This document shows, in pieces, positions 30,988 to 40,969 of a stretch of 56,247 bases of DNA (position 1 is the first letter of the stretch; the number at the start of each line of letters is the position of its first letter). Position numbers and translations under genes: made by a program. A model generated the notes under the pieces. That model was not told the origin of the DNA and did not search any database. It saw only the letters and a list, made by a program, of their open reading frames with translations. Source of the DNA: Candidatus Rokuibacteriota bacterium (GTDB lineage: Bacteria > Methylomirabilota > Methylomirabilia > Rokubacteriales > CSP1-6); assembly GCA_016184305.1 (NCBI GenBank), contig JACPCX010000122.1, positions 1 to 56,247 of the forward strand. The letters run 5' to 3'.

Positions 30988-31422
30988 ATGAAGCGTTCAT
31001 GGCAGCGAGTCACCTCCTGGGGGACCATCATCGGCTTCGCGGCAATGCTCTCGGGCTGCGCCTCGGCCGAGCGGCCCAATGTCTACGCCTACCCGCAGAA
31101 GGGTCAGACCGCCGAGCAGCAGTCGCGGGACCAGGCGGAGTGCCAGGCCTGGGCCAAGCAGCAGTCGGGCTTCGACCCGGCGATGGACACCGCCAAGGGG
31201 GCGGGGGTCGGCGCGCTGATCGGCGCGCTCGGCGGGGCGGCGGCGGGCGCGGCCATCGGCGCGGCCACGGGGCGGCCGGGGACCGGCGCGGCCATCGGGG
31301 CGGCGGCCGGCGGCATCGGCGGGGCGGGCATCGGCGGCACCTACAACTACTCCAAGTCCAAGGACGGGTACGACCAGGCGTTCGGGGCCTGCATGAGCGG
31401 CCGCGGCTACTCCACTCGCTGA
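30988..31422 (+). CDS. Glycine-zipper lipoprotein
   Basis: Lipobox LSGC; YP.KGQ..EQQ..D..EC; GAxxGA zipper; ACMSGRGYS. Confidence 0.85.
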   Translation: MKRSWQRVTSWGTIIGFAAMLSGCASAERPNVYAYPQKGQTAEQQSRDQAECQAWAKQQSGFDPAMDTAKGAGVGALIGALGGAAAGAAIGAATGRPGTGAAIGAAAGGIGGAGIGGTYNYSKSKDGYDQAFGACMSGRGYSTR

Positions 31423-31570
31423 GATCCTGCTGGCCTGACTCCGCGGCGAGCGGCGCCGCGGGGGGCGGCGACCCGCGCGCGCGCGCGCCTGCGGCTCGCC
31501 GCCCGCCTGTCGAGCCGCACTCCCGCTTTACCTGCCGCGCCCGCTCGATTAAGATGATCCGGGTTTCCTC

Positions 31571-32689
31571 ATGACCACCTCCACCCCCTCGGCGAAGCTC
31601 AAGCGCACACCGCTCTTCGACGTCCACGTCAGGGCGGGGGCGAAGATGGTGCCCTTCGGCGGGTGGGAGATGCCCGTGCAGTATGCCGGCATCATCGAGG
31701 AGCACCGCGCCGTGCGCGGGGCCGTGGGGCTCTTCGACATCAGCCACATGGGCGAGCTCGAGGTGCGCGGGCCCGAGGCCCTCGCGGTCGTGCAGCGGCT
31801 CACCACCAACGACGCCTCGGTGCTGGCCGAGGGCCAGGTCCAGTACACGCTGCTCTGCGACCCGGAGGGCGGCGTCGTGGACGACCTCACGCTCTACCGG
31901 CTCGGGCCCGAGCAGTTCATGCTGACCGTCAACGCCGCCAACACCGACAAGGACTGGGCGTGGGTGACGGCGCAAGGCGCGGGCGCCGAGTGGCGGAACG
32001 TGGGCGTGGAGACCGGGCTCCTGGCGGTGCAGGGGCCGAGGGCCGAAGCTCTCGTCGGACGGCTCGCGGATCGCAACGTGACGGGCATCGCCTACTACCA
32101 CTGCGCGCGGGGGCGGGTGGCCGGAGTGTCGGCCCTCATCTCGCGCACGGGCTACACGGGCGAGGACGGCTTCGAGCTCTACGTGGCGGCCGGCGATGCG
32201 GAGCGGTTGTGGCGCGCCCTCATGGACGCCGGCCAGCCCGATGGCATCCAGCCCATCGGCCTCGGCGCGCGCGACACGCTCCGACTCGAGATGCGCTACG
32301 CGCTGTACGGCAACGACATCGACCAGACGACGAACCCCCTCGAGGCCGGCCTCGGCTGGGTCGTCAAGCCGGCCAAGGGGGAGTTCATCGGGCGGGCGGC
32401 CATCGAGGCCCTGCGCGCGCGCGGCGTCGCGCGCAAGCTCGTGGGCTTCGAGATGGTGGAGCGGGCCGTGCCGCGTCACGGCTACCGCCTCCTCAAGGCG
32501 GGCGCCGAGGTCGGCACGGTCACCTCCGGCTCGTTCGCGCCGAGCCTCGAGCGCGGCATCGGCATGGGCTACGTCCGGGCCGATCTGGCCGCGGCCGGCA
32601 CCGAGGTCGACGTGGAGATCCGCGGGGCATCCAATCGGGCGCGCATCGTGCGCACGCCGTTCCACCCGTCCCACACCAAGAAGGCCTAG
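31571..32689 (+). CDS. gcvT: Glycine cleavage system aminomethyltransferase T
   Basis: PFGGWEMPVQY, FDISHMG, RTGYTGEDGFE, GLGARDTLRLE. Confidence 0.96.
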   Translation: MTTSTPSAKLKRTPLFDVHVRAGAKMVPFGGWEMPVQYAGIIEEHRAVRGAVGLFDISHMGELEVRGPEALAVVQRLTTNDASVLAEGQVQYTLLCDPEGGVVDDLTLYRLGPEQFMLTVNAANTDKDWAWVTAQGAGAEWRNVGVETGLLAVQGPRAEALVGRLADRNVTGIAYYHCARGRVAGVSALISRTGYTGEDGFELYVAAGDAERLWRALMDAGQPDGIQPIGLGARDTLRLEMRYALYGNDIDQTTNPLEAGLGWVVKPAKGEFIGRAAIEALRARGVARKLVGFEMVERAVPRHGYRLLKAGAEVGTVTSGSFAPSLERGIGMGYVRADLAAAGTEVDVEIRGASNRARIVRTPFHPSHTKKA

Positions 32690-32714
32690 ATACCAGAAGC
32701 CCGAGGGAGGCGAG

Positions 32715-33107
32715 ATGGCACACGTTCCGGTAGACCTCAAGTACACCACGGAGCACGAGTGGGCGAAGATCGAGGGCGGCCAGGCCCGCATCGGTATCAC
32801 CGCCTTCGCGCAGGAGCAGCTGGGGGATGTGGTCTTCGTGGAGCTGCCGAAGGTCGGCGCCAGGGTCACGGCCGCGAAGACCTTCGGGGTGGTGGAGTCG
32901 GTGAAGGCGGTGTCCGACCTCTTCGCGCCGCTCTCCGGGGAGATCGTGGAGGTCAACGGTGAGCTGCCCAAGAAGCCCGAGACCGTGAACACCGACCCGT
33001 ACGGCCAGGGGTGGATGATTGTCGTGAAGCTGTCGAATCCCGCCGAGGCCGACGGGCTCATGAGCGCCGAGGCCTATCAGCAGCTCATCGCGGCGGCCTC
33101 GCACTGA
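32715..33107 (+). CDS. gcvH: Glycine cleavage system H protein
   Basis: HEW, GITAFAQ.QLGD, VESVKAVSD (lipoyl Lys), DPYGQGW; GGAGG SD. Confidence 0.96.
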   Translation: MAHVPVDLKYTTEHEWAKIEGGQARIGITAFAQEQLGDVVFVELPKVGARVTAAKTFGVVESVKAVSDLFAPLSGEIVEVNGELPKKPETVNTDPYGQGWMIVVKLSNPAEADGLMSAEAYQQLIAAASH

Positions 33108-33131
33108 GCGGAACAGGAGCGAGGACCGGAC

Positions 33132-34340
33132 ATGCGCTACATCTCCAATACGGCCGCCCAGCAGCGGGAGATGCTCGCCCGGATCGGCGCGGGAAGCATC
33201 GAGGACCTGCTGGCTGGCGTCCCGGCCAAGGCGCGGCTCGCGCGCCCGCTCGCCCTGCCGGCCGCCATGGCCGAGACCGATCTGGTGCGCCACCTGCGCG
33301 CCATGGCCGCGCGGAATGCGGGCGCCGATGACTACGCCTGCTTCCTGGGCGCCGGCTCCTACGATCACGCGATCCCGAGCCCCATCAATCACCTGATCTC
33401 GCGCGGGGAGTTCTTCACGGCCTACACGCCGTACCAGCCGGAGGCGAGCCAGGGGACGCTCCGCACCATCTTCGAGTACCAGACGATGATGGCCGAGCTC
33501 ACGGGGATGGACGTGGCCAATGCCTCCATCTACGATGGGGCCTCCTCGCTGGCCGAGGCGGTGCTCATGGCGCATGCGGTGACGGGACGCGACGCCATCC
33601 TCCTCTCGCGCGGGGTCAACCCGCTCTACCGGCAGGTGGTGGAGACCTACTGCGAGGGGGTGGATGTCCGGCTCCGCTCGGCGCCCCTCGGCGATGGCGT
33701 CACGGACCTGGAGGCCCTGCGCAAGGCGGTCTCGGAGAAGACGGCCGCGGTGGTCGTCCAGTACCCGAACTTCTTCGGCTGCCTGGAGGATGTGCGGGCC
33801 GCCGCGGAGATCGCCCATGCCGCCGGCGCGCTTCTCGTGGTGGTGGCGGACCCCGTGAACCTGGGGCTCCTCACCCCACCGGGCGCCCTCGGCGCCGACA
33901 TCGTGGTGGGCGAGGGGCAGGGGCTCGGCGTCTCGATGAGCTTCGGCGGGCCCAGCCTCGGGGTCTTCGCGGCGAAGCAGGATCTGGTCCGCCGCATGCC
34001 GGGGCGCCTCGTGGGCGCCACCGTGGACCGAGACGGGCAGCGGGGCTTCGTGCTCACGCTCCAGACGCGCGAGCAGCACATCCGCCGCGAGAAGGCCACG
34101 TCCAACATCTGCACCAACGTCGCCCTCTGCGCGCTGATGGCCACCATCTACGTGTCCATCCTGGGCAAGCAGGGCCTGCGCAAGGTGGGCGAGCTGTCCG
34201 CGGCCAAGGCGCACTACGCGGCCGGAGCCCTCGCCCAGGTCCCGGGCGTCCGCCTCCGCTTCGGCGCGCCCTTCTTCAAGGAGTTCACGCTGGAGCTGCC
34301 GAAGTCCCCGGAGCGCGTGGTGAAGCGCCTCCAGAAGGGA
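33132..34340 (+). pseudogene. gcvPA: Glycine dehydrogenase subunit 1, lacking its C-terminal ~40 aa and stop codon
   Basis: FLGAG.Y, TAYTPYQPEASQG, NASIYDG, REQHIRREKATSNICTN; homology ends at ...VVKRLQK and runs straight into the gcvPB SD region with no stop. Confidence 0.85.
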
Positions 34341-34353
34341 GGGAAGGAGCCCG

Positions 34354-35826
34354 ATGACCGCCCGACCGAGCTACGACACGCTGATCTTCGAGCTGTCCTC
34401 TCCGGGCCGCTTCGCGTACTCGTTGCCGGCGTCCGACGTGCCCGTGAGCGATGGCGCGAGGCTCCTGCCGGCCGAGTTCGTCAGGCCCGAGGCCCCCGAG
34501 CTTCCAGAAGTCTCGGAGGTGGACGTGGTGCGCCACTACTCGCGGCTCAGCCAGCTGAACTACGGGGTGGACACCCACTTCTACCCGCTGGGCTCCTGCA
34601 CGATGAAGTACAACCCGAAGGTCAACGAGGACATGGCGCGGCTGCCGGGGTTCGCGCGGCTGCATCCGCTCACTCCCGAGGCGGGGAGCCAGGGAGCGCT
34701 GGCCCTCATGCACGAGCTGGCCCGCGACCTGGGCGAGATCGGGGGCATGGACCACGTCTCGCTCCAGCCGGCCGCGGGCGCCCAGGGCGAGCTGGCCGGC
34801 GTGCTCATGATCCGCGCCTATCACCTCTCGCGCGGCGAGCGGCGCCACACGGTGCTGATCCCCGACTCCGCGCATGGGACGAATCCCGCCTCGGTGGCGC
34901 TGGCGGGCTTCTCCGTGGTCCAGCTCAGGTCGGACGACCACGGCGAGGTGGATCTCGCCGACCTCGAGCGGCATCTGGACGAGGACGTGGCCGCCTTCAT
35001 GATCACCCAGCCCAACACGCTGGGGCTTTTCGAGTCGAAGATCCATCAGATCACCGAGACGTGTCACGCCCGGGGCGTGCAGGTCTACATGGACGGCGCC
35101 AACTTCAACGCCATCCTCGGGCTCACGCGCCCGGGCGACCTCGGCTTCGACGTGTGCCACTTCAACCTGCACAAGACCTTCACCACGCCCCACGGGGGCG
35201 GCGGGCCCGGCTCCGGGCCCGTGGGCGTGAAGGCGCATCTCGCGCCCTTCCTGCCCGTGCCGGTGGTGGTCCAGGCCGAGGACGGCGGGTTCGGTCTCGA
35301 CTGGAATCGGCCGCAGTCCATCGGCAAGCTGCAGGCCTTCTGGGGCAACTTCGGCATGCTGGTGCGGGCGTACACCTATATCCGCACCATGGGGCCCGAC
35401 GGGCTGCGCGCCGTGGCCGAGAATGCGGTGCTCAACGCCAACTACGTCCTGAAGCGTCTCGAGGGGGACTACGACCGCTCGGCGCCGGGCCCGTGCATGC
35501 ACGAGTGCGTGCTCTCCGCGCGCCGCCAGAAGCGTCTCGGGGTCAGCGCCATGGACATCGCCAAGCGGCTCCTGGATCTGGGCTTCTACGCGCCGACGAC
35601 GTACTTCCCGCTCATCATCGAGGAGGCGCTGATGATCGAGCCGACGGAGACCGAGTCCAAGGAGACCCTGGACGCGTTCTGCGACGCCATGATCCAGATC
35701 GCCCGCGAGGCCGAGACGAACCCTGCCCTCGCCCAGGAGGCGCCGGTGACGACGCCGGTGCGGCGGCTCGACCAGACGCTGGCCGCACGCCAGCCGGTCC
35801 TCCGCTGGACCCCGCAGGTGAAGTGA
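34354..35826 (+). CDS. gcvPB: Glycine dehydrogenase subunit 2
   Basis: [48 protein letters not shown]. Confidence 0.96.
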   Translation: MTARPSYDTLIFELSSPGRFAYSLPASDVPVSDGARLLPAEFVRPEAPELPEVSEVDVVRHYSRLSQLNYGVDTHFYPLGSCTMKYNPKVNEDMARLPGFARLHPLTPEAGSQGALALMHELARDLGEIGGMDHVSLQPAAGAQGELAGVLMIRAYHLSRGERRHTVLIPDSAHGTNPASVALAGFSVVQLRSDDHGEVDLADLERHLDEDVAAFMITQPNTLGLFESKIHQITETCHARGVQVYMDGANFNAILGLTRPGDLGFDVCHFNLHKTFTTPHGGGGPGSGPVGVKAHLAPFLPVPVVVQAEDGGFGLDWNRPQSIGKLQAFWGNFGMLVRAYTYIRTMGPDGLRAVAENAVLNANYVLKRLEGDYDRSAPGPCMHECVLSARRQKRLGVSAMDIAKRLLDLGFYAPTTYFPLIIEEALMIEPTETESKETLDAFCDAMIQIAREAETNPALAQEAPVTTPVRRLDQTLAARQPVLRWTPQVK

Positions 35827-36722
35827 GCGCCTGGCGCCTCGTCATCACGGAGCCGCTCGACGGGGCGGCGAACATGGCCCTCGACGAGGCGCTCCTGCTC
35901 AGCCGGCTCCGCGGGGCCGGGCCGCCCACGGTCCGCTTCTTCGGCTGGGCGCCCCCCACGATCTCCCTCGGCTACGCCCAGCCGCTCGATGATGGCCGCA
36001 TCGATCTGGAGGCCGCCGCGCGCATGGGGCTCGGGCTCGTCAGGCGCCCCACGGGGGGCAGCGCCATCCTGCACGAGGGCGCCGAGCGCGAGATCACCTA
36101 CAGCGTGGTGGCGGCGGCCGGAGATTTTCCCGGCGCCGAGACCTTGCTCGAGACGTATCGGTGGATCGGCGCCGCGCTGGCCGCGGGACTGCGCGCCATT
36201 GGCGCTGCCGTGGACATGGTCTCCGTCCAGCCCTCGGACCCGGCCGCCATGCCCGTGTTCTGCTTCGCGCGCACCGGTTCCTACGAGCTCGAAGTCGGCG
36301 GCCGCAAGATCGCCGGCAGCGCCCAGCGGCGCCAGGGCGCGGGCTTTCTTCAGCATGGCTCGGTGATGCTGGCGGCCGACCCGGAGCGGCTCGCGCGCGT
36401 GTTCCCAGGCGAGCGAGATCCGCTCGCCGGCATGACGACGCTCGAGGCGGTGCTCGGGCGCCGGCCGTCCTTCGACGACACCGCCGAGCGGCTCGCCGAA
36501 GGGTTCCGCCAGGTCCACGGCATCGAGCTCTCCCCCGGCGGGCTCTCGCCCGACGAGACCGCGCTGGCCGACGCCCTCGCGCGCGAGAAGTACTCGACGC
36601 AGGCGTGGACCCGCGCGGGCCGCGCAGGAGGCAGCCCCTGGACAGCCGTCGGAGCCACCCCTCACCCCACCTTCTCCTCTCAGGCGAGAGGGCAAGGGGG
36701 AGGGGAGCTGGCCGACGCGTGA
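35823..36722 (+). CDS. Lipoate-protein ligase / octanoyltransferase (LipM/LplA family)
   Basis: [41 protein letters not shown] overlap with gcvPB. Confidence 0.9.
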   Translation: MSAWRLVITEPLDGAANMALDEALLLSRLRGAGPPTVRFFGWAPPTISLGYAQPLDDGRIDLEAAARMGLGLVRRPTGGSAILHEGAEREITYSVVAAAGDFPGAETLLETYRWIGAALAAGLRAIGAAVDMVSVQPSDPAAMPVFCFARTGSYELEVGGRKIAGSAQRRQGAGFLQHGSVMLAADPERLARVFPGERDPLAGMTTLEAVLGRRPSFDDTAERLAEGFRQVHGIELSPGGLSPDETALADALAREKYSTQAWTRAGRAGGSPWTAVGATPHPTFSSQARGQGGGELADA

Positions 36723-37207
36723 CGGATCCGGTCCGCGAGTTCCCTGACGCCCCGCGCGTCGGCGTGGGCGCCGTCGTGCTGGATGGCGACCGCGTGCTCC
36801 TCGTCAAGCGCGGCCGGCCCCCCGCGGAGGGCAAGTGGAGCCTCCCCGGTGGGCTCGTTCACCTCGGCGAGCGGCTCGAGGATGCCGTCGTCCGCGAGGT
36901 GGAGGAGGAGTGCGGGCTCCGCGTGGCCCTCCTCGGCGTCTGCGGGGTCGTCGACCGGGTGGTGTACGGCGAGACGCACACGGCGGGACCGAGCCCGGCG
37001 ATCCGCTATCACTGGGTCATCATCGACTATGCGGCTGCCGTCGTGAGCGGGCGCCTGCAGGCCGCCAGCGATGCGGCAGAGGCCCGCTGGGTGCCGGTGG
37101 CCGAGCTGGATCGCCACGACACGACGGAAGGGATCGCCGACATGGTGCACCGCGCGGTGAGGCTCAGAGACGCCAACATGCAGCCAGAGGGAGGACGGGG
37201 CCGATGA
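36719..37207 (+). CDS. NUDIX hydrolase
   Basis: PRVGVGAVV, WSLPGG..HLGE.L..AVVREVEEECG Nudix box. Confidence 0.9.
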   Translation: MTDPVREFPDAPRVGVGAVVLDGDRVLLVKRGRPPAEGKWSLPGGLVHLGERLEDAVVREVEEECGLRVALLGVCGVVDRVVYGETHTAGPSPAIRYHWVIIDYAAAVVSGRLQAASDAAEARWVPVAELDRHDTTEGIADMVHRAVRLRDANMQPEGGRGR

Positions 37208-38703
37208 AGCTGTCTCTCGAGACGCGGGACCTCGCACGGGCACGGGCCGACATGCTGGTGGTGGGCCGCCACGCCGGGGAGGCGCGGCTCGGGCCCGCGC
37301 TCCAGGCGCTGGACGCGGTCCTCGGCGGGACCTTGTCTCGGGTGCTGGCCGCAGAGAAATTCGAGGGGAAGCCGGGACAGTCCTCCCACTTCTACACGGA
37401 TGGCCGCCTCGCCGCCCCGCGCGTCCTCGTGGTGGGCCTCGGCCAGAAGAATGAGGCGAGCGCCGAGGCTGTCCGCCGCGCGGCCGCCCACGGCGCGCGC
37501 CGCGCGCGCGACCTGGGCGCCGTTTCCGCCGCCATGTTCCTGCCCGGCGAGGGCGTGCCGCCGCGCCAGCGCGCGCAGGCCGCGGCCGAAGGCGCGATCC
37601 TCGGGAGTTACCGCTTCGACAAGTACCTCACGGAGAAGAACGGCAAGGCGCTCGGCGCCGTCGCCGTGGTGGAGCCCGATCGCCGGCAGCAGGCGCTCGC
37701 CCGGGAAGGGGTGCGGCTCGGCGAGATCTGGGCGCAGGCGACTTGCGCCGCCCGTGATCTGGTCAACGAGCCCGCCAACCTGGTGACGCCGACCTACCTC
37801 GCGGGCCGTGCCGAGGAGATCGCCAGGGCCGGGCGCCTGAAGGTACGCGTTCTGGAGCGCGACGCCTGCGCGACCCTCGGTATGGGCGCCTTCGTGGGTG
37901 TCGCGCGAGGGAGCCAGGAGCCGCCCAAGTTCATCCACCTCACCTACGCTCCGCGCGGTCGCGCGCGCAAGCGCGTCGCCCTCATCGGCAAGGGGATCAC
38001 CTTCGACTCGGGGGGGCTCGACCTCAAGACGGCCGATGGCATGCTCCGCATGAAGGACGACATGTCGGGAGCCGCCGCCGTGCTGGCCGTCTTCCAGGCG
38101 CTTCCCAGGCTGAGGCTTCCCCTGGAGGTCCACGGCCTCATCGCGGCCACCGAGAACATGCCCTCGGGCACGGCCCAGCGCCCCGGGGACATCGTGCGCG
38201 CCATGAACGGCCTCACCATCGAGATCGGCAACACCGACGCCGAGGGGCGCCTGACGCTCGCCGACGCCCTCGCCTACGCTGCGACGGAGATCGAGCCCGA
38301 CGAGATGATCGACATGGCGACCCTCACCGGCGCCGTCGTCATGGCCCTGGGCCTGGGCCTCTCCGGCGTCCTGGGGAGCCAGGACGCGACCACCGAGCGC
38401 GTCCTCGCCGCCGCGGATGCCGCAGGGGAGCGCATGTGGCGCCTGCCGCTCCACGAGGAGTACAAGGACGGCCTCAAGAGCGACGTGGCCGACCTCAACA
38501 ACATCTCGAGCCAGCGGGGCGGCGGAGCCATCGTGGCCGCCCTGTTCATGCGCGAGTTCACGGGAGGCATCCCGTGGGTGCACCTCGACATCGCGGGCAC
38601 CGCCTTCACGGAAAAGGAATTGCCGCTGGGGCCGAAGGGCGGGACCGGCGTCGCCGTGCGGACGCTGCTCACCTACCTGATGCGCCTCGCGGGAAAGCGC
38701 TGA
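37204..38703 (+). CDS. pepA: Leucyl aminopeptidase (M17)
   Basis: GKGITFDSGG, MKDDMSG, NTDAEGRL, HLDIAG. Confidence 0.95.
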   Translation: MKLSLETRDLARARADMLVVGRHAGEARLGPALQALDAVLGGTLSRVLAAEKFEGKPGQSSHFYTDGRLAAPRVLVVGLGQKNEASAEAVRRAAAHGARRARDLGAVSAAMFLPGEGVPPRQRAQAAAEGAILGSYRFDKYLTEKNGKALGAVAVVEPDRRQQALAREGVRLGEIWAQATCAARDLVNEPANLVTPTYLAGRAEEIARAGRLKVRVLERDACATLGMGAFVGVARGSQEPPKFIHLTYAPRGRARKRVALIGKGITFDSGGLDLKTADGMLRMKDDMSGAAAVLAVFQALPRLRLPLEVHGLIAATENMPSGTAQRPGDIVRAMNGLTIEIGNTDAEGRLTLADALAYAATEIEPDEMIDMATLTGAVVMALGLGLSGVLGSQDATTERVLAAADAAGERMWRLPLHEEYKDGLKSDVADLNNISSQRGGGAIVAALFMREFTGGIPWVHLDIAGTAFTEKELPLGPKGGTGVAVRTLLTYLMRLAGKR

Positions 38704-38711
38704 GGGCGGCC

Positions 38712-39599
38712 ATGCCGGGAGGGGTGGACCTCCACTCGCACACGACGGCGTCGGACGGAACCCTGACGCCGCGCGAGCTGGTGCGGGAGGCGGCCCGCCG
38801 CGGGTTGCGGGTGCTCGCCGTGACGGATCACGACTCCACCGAGGGGCTCGCCGAAGCGCTGGACGAGGCGGCCCGGTGCCCGCCGCTCGAGATCGTTCCC
38901 GGCATCGAGATCAACTGCGACGTGGACGGCGGTGAGATTCACATCCTCGGGTACTCGATGGACTACGACATCCCGTGGTTCCAGGCTTTCTGCCGTGAGC
39001 AGCGCGAGGAGCGGCGGGCGAGGGTCCACCGCATGGCGGAGCGCCTGGCCGCGCTGGGGATGCCCATCGACCCGGCGGAGGTCTTCGCGCTGGTCCGCGA
39101 GGGCTCGGCCGGGCGGCCCCATGTGGCGCAGGTGATGGTGCGGCGGGGCTACGTGAAGAGCGTGCGCGAGGCCTTCGACCGCTACCTGGGCGCCGGCAAG
39201 CCGGGTCATGTCCCGCGCAAGAAGCTCTCCCCCGAGGACGCCGTGCGGCTCCTGCGCCGGGCCGGCGGGGTTCCCGTGCTGGCCCATCCCGGGCTCGCGG
39301 CCAGAGACGAGATCATTCCCGCCCTGGTAGAGGCCGGGCTCATGGGCATCGAGTGCTACTACAACGAGCACTCGGCGGCGCAGACCGGCGCATACGTTCA
39401 GATGTGCCGTGACCGCGGCCTCGTCGCCACCGGAGGCTCGGACTTCCACGGCGCCACCGTGCGCGCGGCGCGGCTCGGGACCCCCCGCGTCCGGCTGGCG
39501 GCCTGGGAGGCGCTCAAGGCGAAAGCGGTCGAGGCCCGAGCCTCCCGGCCGTCGTCGCTGTCCTCCACCGGGCGGCCGTTTCCCGGCAACGCCGATTAG
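38712..39599 (+). CDS. PHP domain phosphoesterase (TrpH/YciV-like)
   Basis: DLHSHTTASDG, VTDHD, GRPHVA, LAHP, TGGSDFHG. Confidence 0.92.
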   Translation: MPGGVDLHSHTTASDGTLTPRELVREAARRGLRVLAVTDHDSTEGLAEALDEAARCPPLEIVPGIEINCDVDGGEIHILGYSMDYDIPWFQAFCREQREERRARVHRMAERLAALGMPIDPAEVFALVREGSAGRPHVAQVMVRRGYVKSVREAFDRYLGAGKPGHVPRKKLSPEDAVRLLRRAGGVPVLAHPGLAARDEIIPALVEAGLMGIECYYNEHSAAQTGAYVQMCRDRGLVATGGSDFHGATVRAARLGTPRVRLAAWEALKAKAVEARASRPSSLSSTGRPFPGNAD

Positions 39600-39676
39600 G
39601 CAGGCGCCTGGCTCCGTCGGATAATGAGGAAGCGAACAGTCCCGGGGCACGGGGCTGCAGCGGGAGGAGGGTGCCG

Positions 39677-40015
39677 ATGAGCGTGCGTGCAACAGCAGTC
39701 GCGATGGCGTTCGTGCTGGTCTCCGCGGTCCCCGCGCTGGCAGCCGACGACTCGAAGGTGAAGGCAGCGACCCAGCAGGTCGAGAGCGGCGCGAAGAAGA
39801 TCGGCAAGGGCGAGATCGGCGCGGGTGTCGCGGAGACGGCCAAGGGGATCGGCGCGACCGTGGTGGAGGGCGCCATGTTCAGCGGCGAGAAGATCAAGGA
39901 GGCAGCCTCGGCCGCGGAGCCTCCAGCCAAGAGCGCCTGGGAGAAGACCAGGGAAGGCGCGGTCTCCTTCGGCCAGAGCGTGAAGAACTTCTTCACGCGG
40001 CTCTTCAGCAACTGA
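39677..40015 (+). CDS. Secreted hypothetical protein
   Basis: GGAGGAGG SD, signal peptide ending ALA, Ala/Gly/Lys-rich amphipathic body. Confidence 0.75.
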   Translation: MSVRATAVAMAFVLVSAVPALAADDSKVKAATQQVESGAKKIGKGEIGAGVAETAKGIGATVVEGAMFSGEKIKEAASAAEPPAKSAWEKTREGAVSFGQSVKNFFTRLFSN

Positions 40016-40028
40016 CGCCCGGATCCAC

Positions 40029-40889
40029 CTACCGCGCGTAGCCCGGGAACATCCTCCGGAAGAGGTCGGGTGGCGTGCGGTCGCGGAAGTATTCCATCTG
40101 GCGGGGCGAGTAGTCGGCGCCGCCGCGGAAGACGATGGACGCCGTGGCGAGGAGGTCGCCTGTCTCGGTGAGGAGCGCCGAGGCGGTGCGCCAGAAGGTC
40201 CGCTTGCGGTCGACGGGCTCGACCTGGTCGAAGCGCCCCACGCCGATCAGCGGTGTGCCCGCCGGCAGCGCCCCGTCGAGCAGGGTGACGCTGATCCGGT
40301 TCGTCAGCCCGCCTTCCTTCATCACCAGGGCCCCGAGCCACCATGCGATCTCGTCGAGGAGGACGGGCGCGATGGCCGGATGGAGCGTGCCGGCCCCCGT
40401 GCTCCAGGGCTCGCGCGGCACAAGCCGCGCCCAGACGCCTTCGTCGTCGAAGTGAAGCCCCACCTGGAGGCCCAGCGGGTTGCGCGCGCCGCAGGCGAGG
40501 CAGTCCTCCGACAGGGGCAGGGGCCATCCCGCCCCACCGCCGCGCCAGGCCGGCGCGGTCGCGTGGTCACCCCCGCGCAGCGGTGTGACCGAGGCGGAGG
40601 TGAGCGTCTGCCCGTTCTGAAGCACGGTGACGGTCACCGCGCCGTCGTGAGCGCGCCCGTCGAGTTCGAGCTCCGTCTCGACGGGCACGGACGAGGTGAG
40701 GCGGCCCTCGAGGACGCGGGGGCCTCCGGCGAGACCCGCGCGAGCGGCCGCGTCGTCGAGCGTGGCCAGCAGGCCGCCTCCGTGGACGATCCCCGGCCAG
40801 CTCTGCAGCCGCTGCGGCGCGCGGAGGCGCCCGCGTCCGGGCCGCGCGAGGGTGACCGCGGAGGCGAAGACGCCGGCGATCGTGATCAC
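40029..40889 (-). CDS. Double hotdog-fold (PaaI-like thioesterase) protein
   Basis: WPGIVHGG..ATLD; second unit C..CG..NPLGL...LHP....LLDE. Confidence 0.75.
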   Translation of the reverse strand: MITIAGVFASAVTLARPGRGRLRAPQRLQSWPGIVHGGGLLATLDDAAARAGLAGGPRVLEGRLTSSVPVETELELDGRAHDGAVTVTVLQNGQTLTSASVTPLRGGDHATAPAWRGGGAGWPLPLSEDCLACGARNPLGLQVGLHFDDEGVWARLVPREPWSTGAGTLHPAIAPVLLDEIAWWLGALVMKEGGLTNRISVTLLDGALPAGTPLIGVGRFDQVEPVDRKRTFWRTASALLTETGDLLATASIVFRGGADYSPRQMEYFRDRTPPDLFRRMFPGYAR

Positions 40890-40969
40890 GCGAGAGCCCG
40901 CATGCTATACTTCTCTCGTCTCATGTCGCACGCCATTCTACTGCGGCGCTCGGGCCCGCGGCCAGCCCG

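Noticed and set aside
31423..31570. Glycine riboswitch upstream of gcvT
   Set aside because: Only GC-rich hairpins; the conserved GGAGA/CCGAAG/CUCUCAGG elements are absent.
33132..36722. Genuine 1196-aa GcvPA-lipoate ligase fusion protein
   Set aside because: The middle ~490 aa is Arg/Gly/Pro-rich off-frame translation of gcvPB, and the ligase has its own coupled GTG start.
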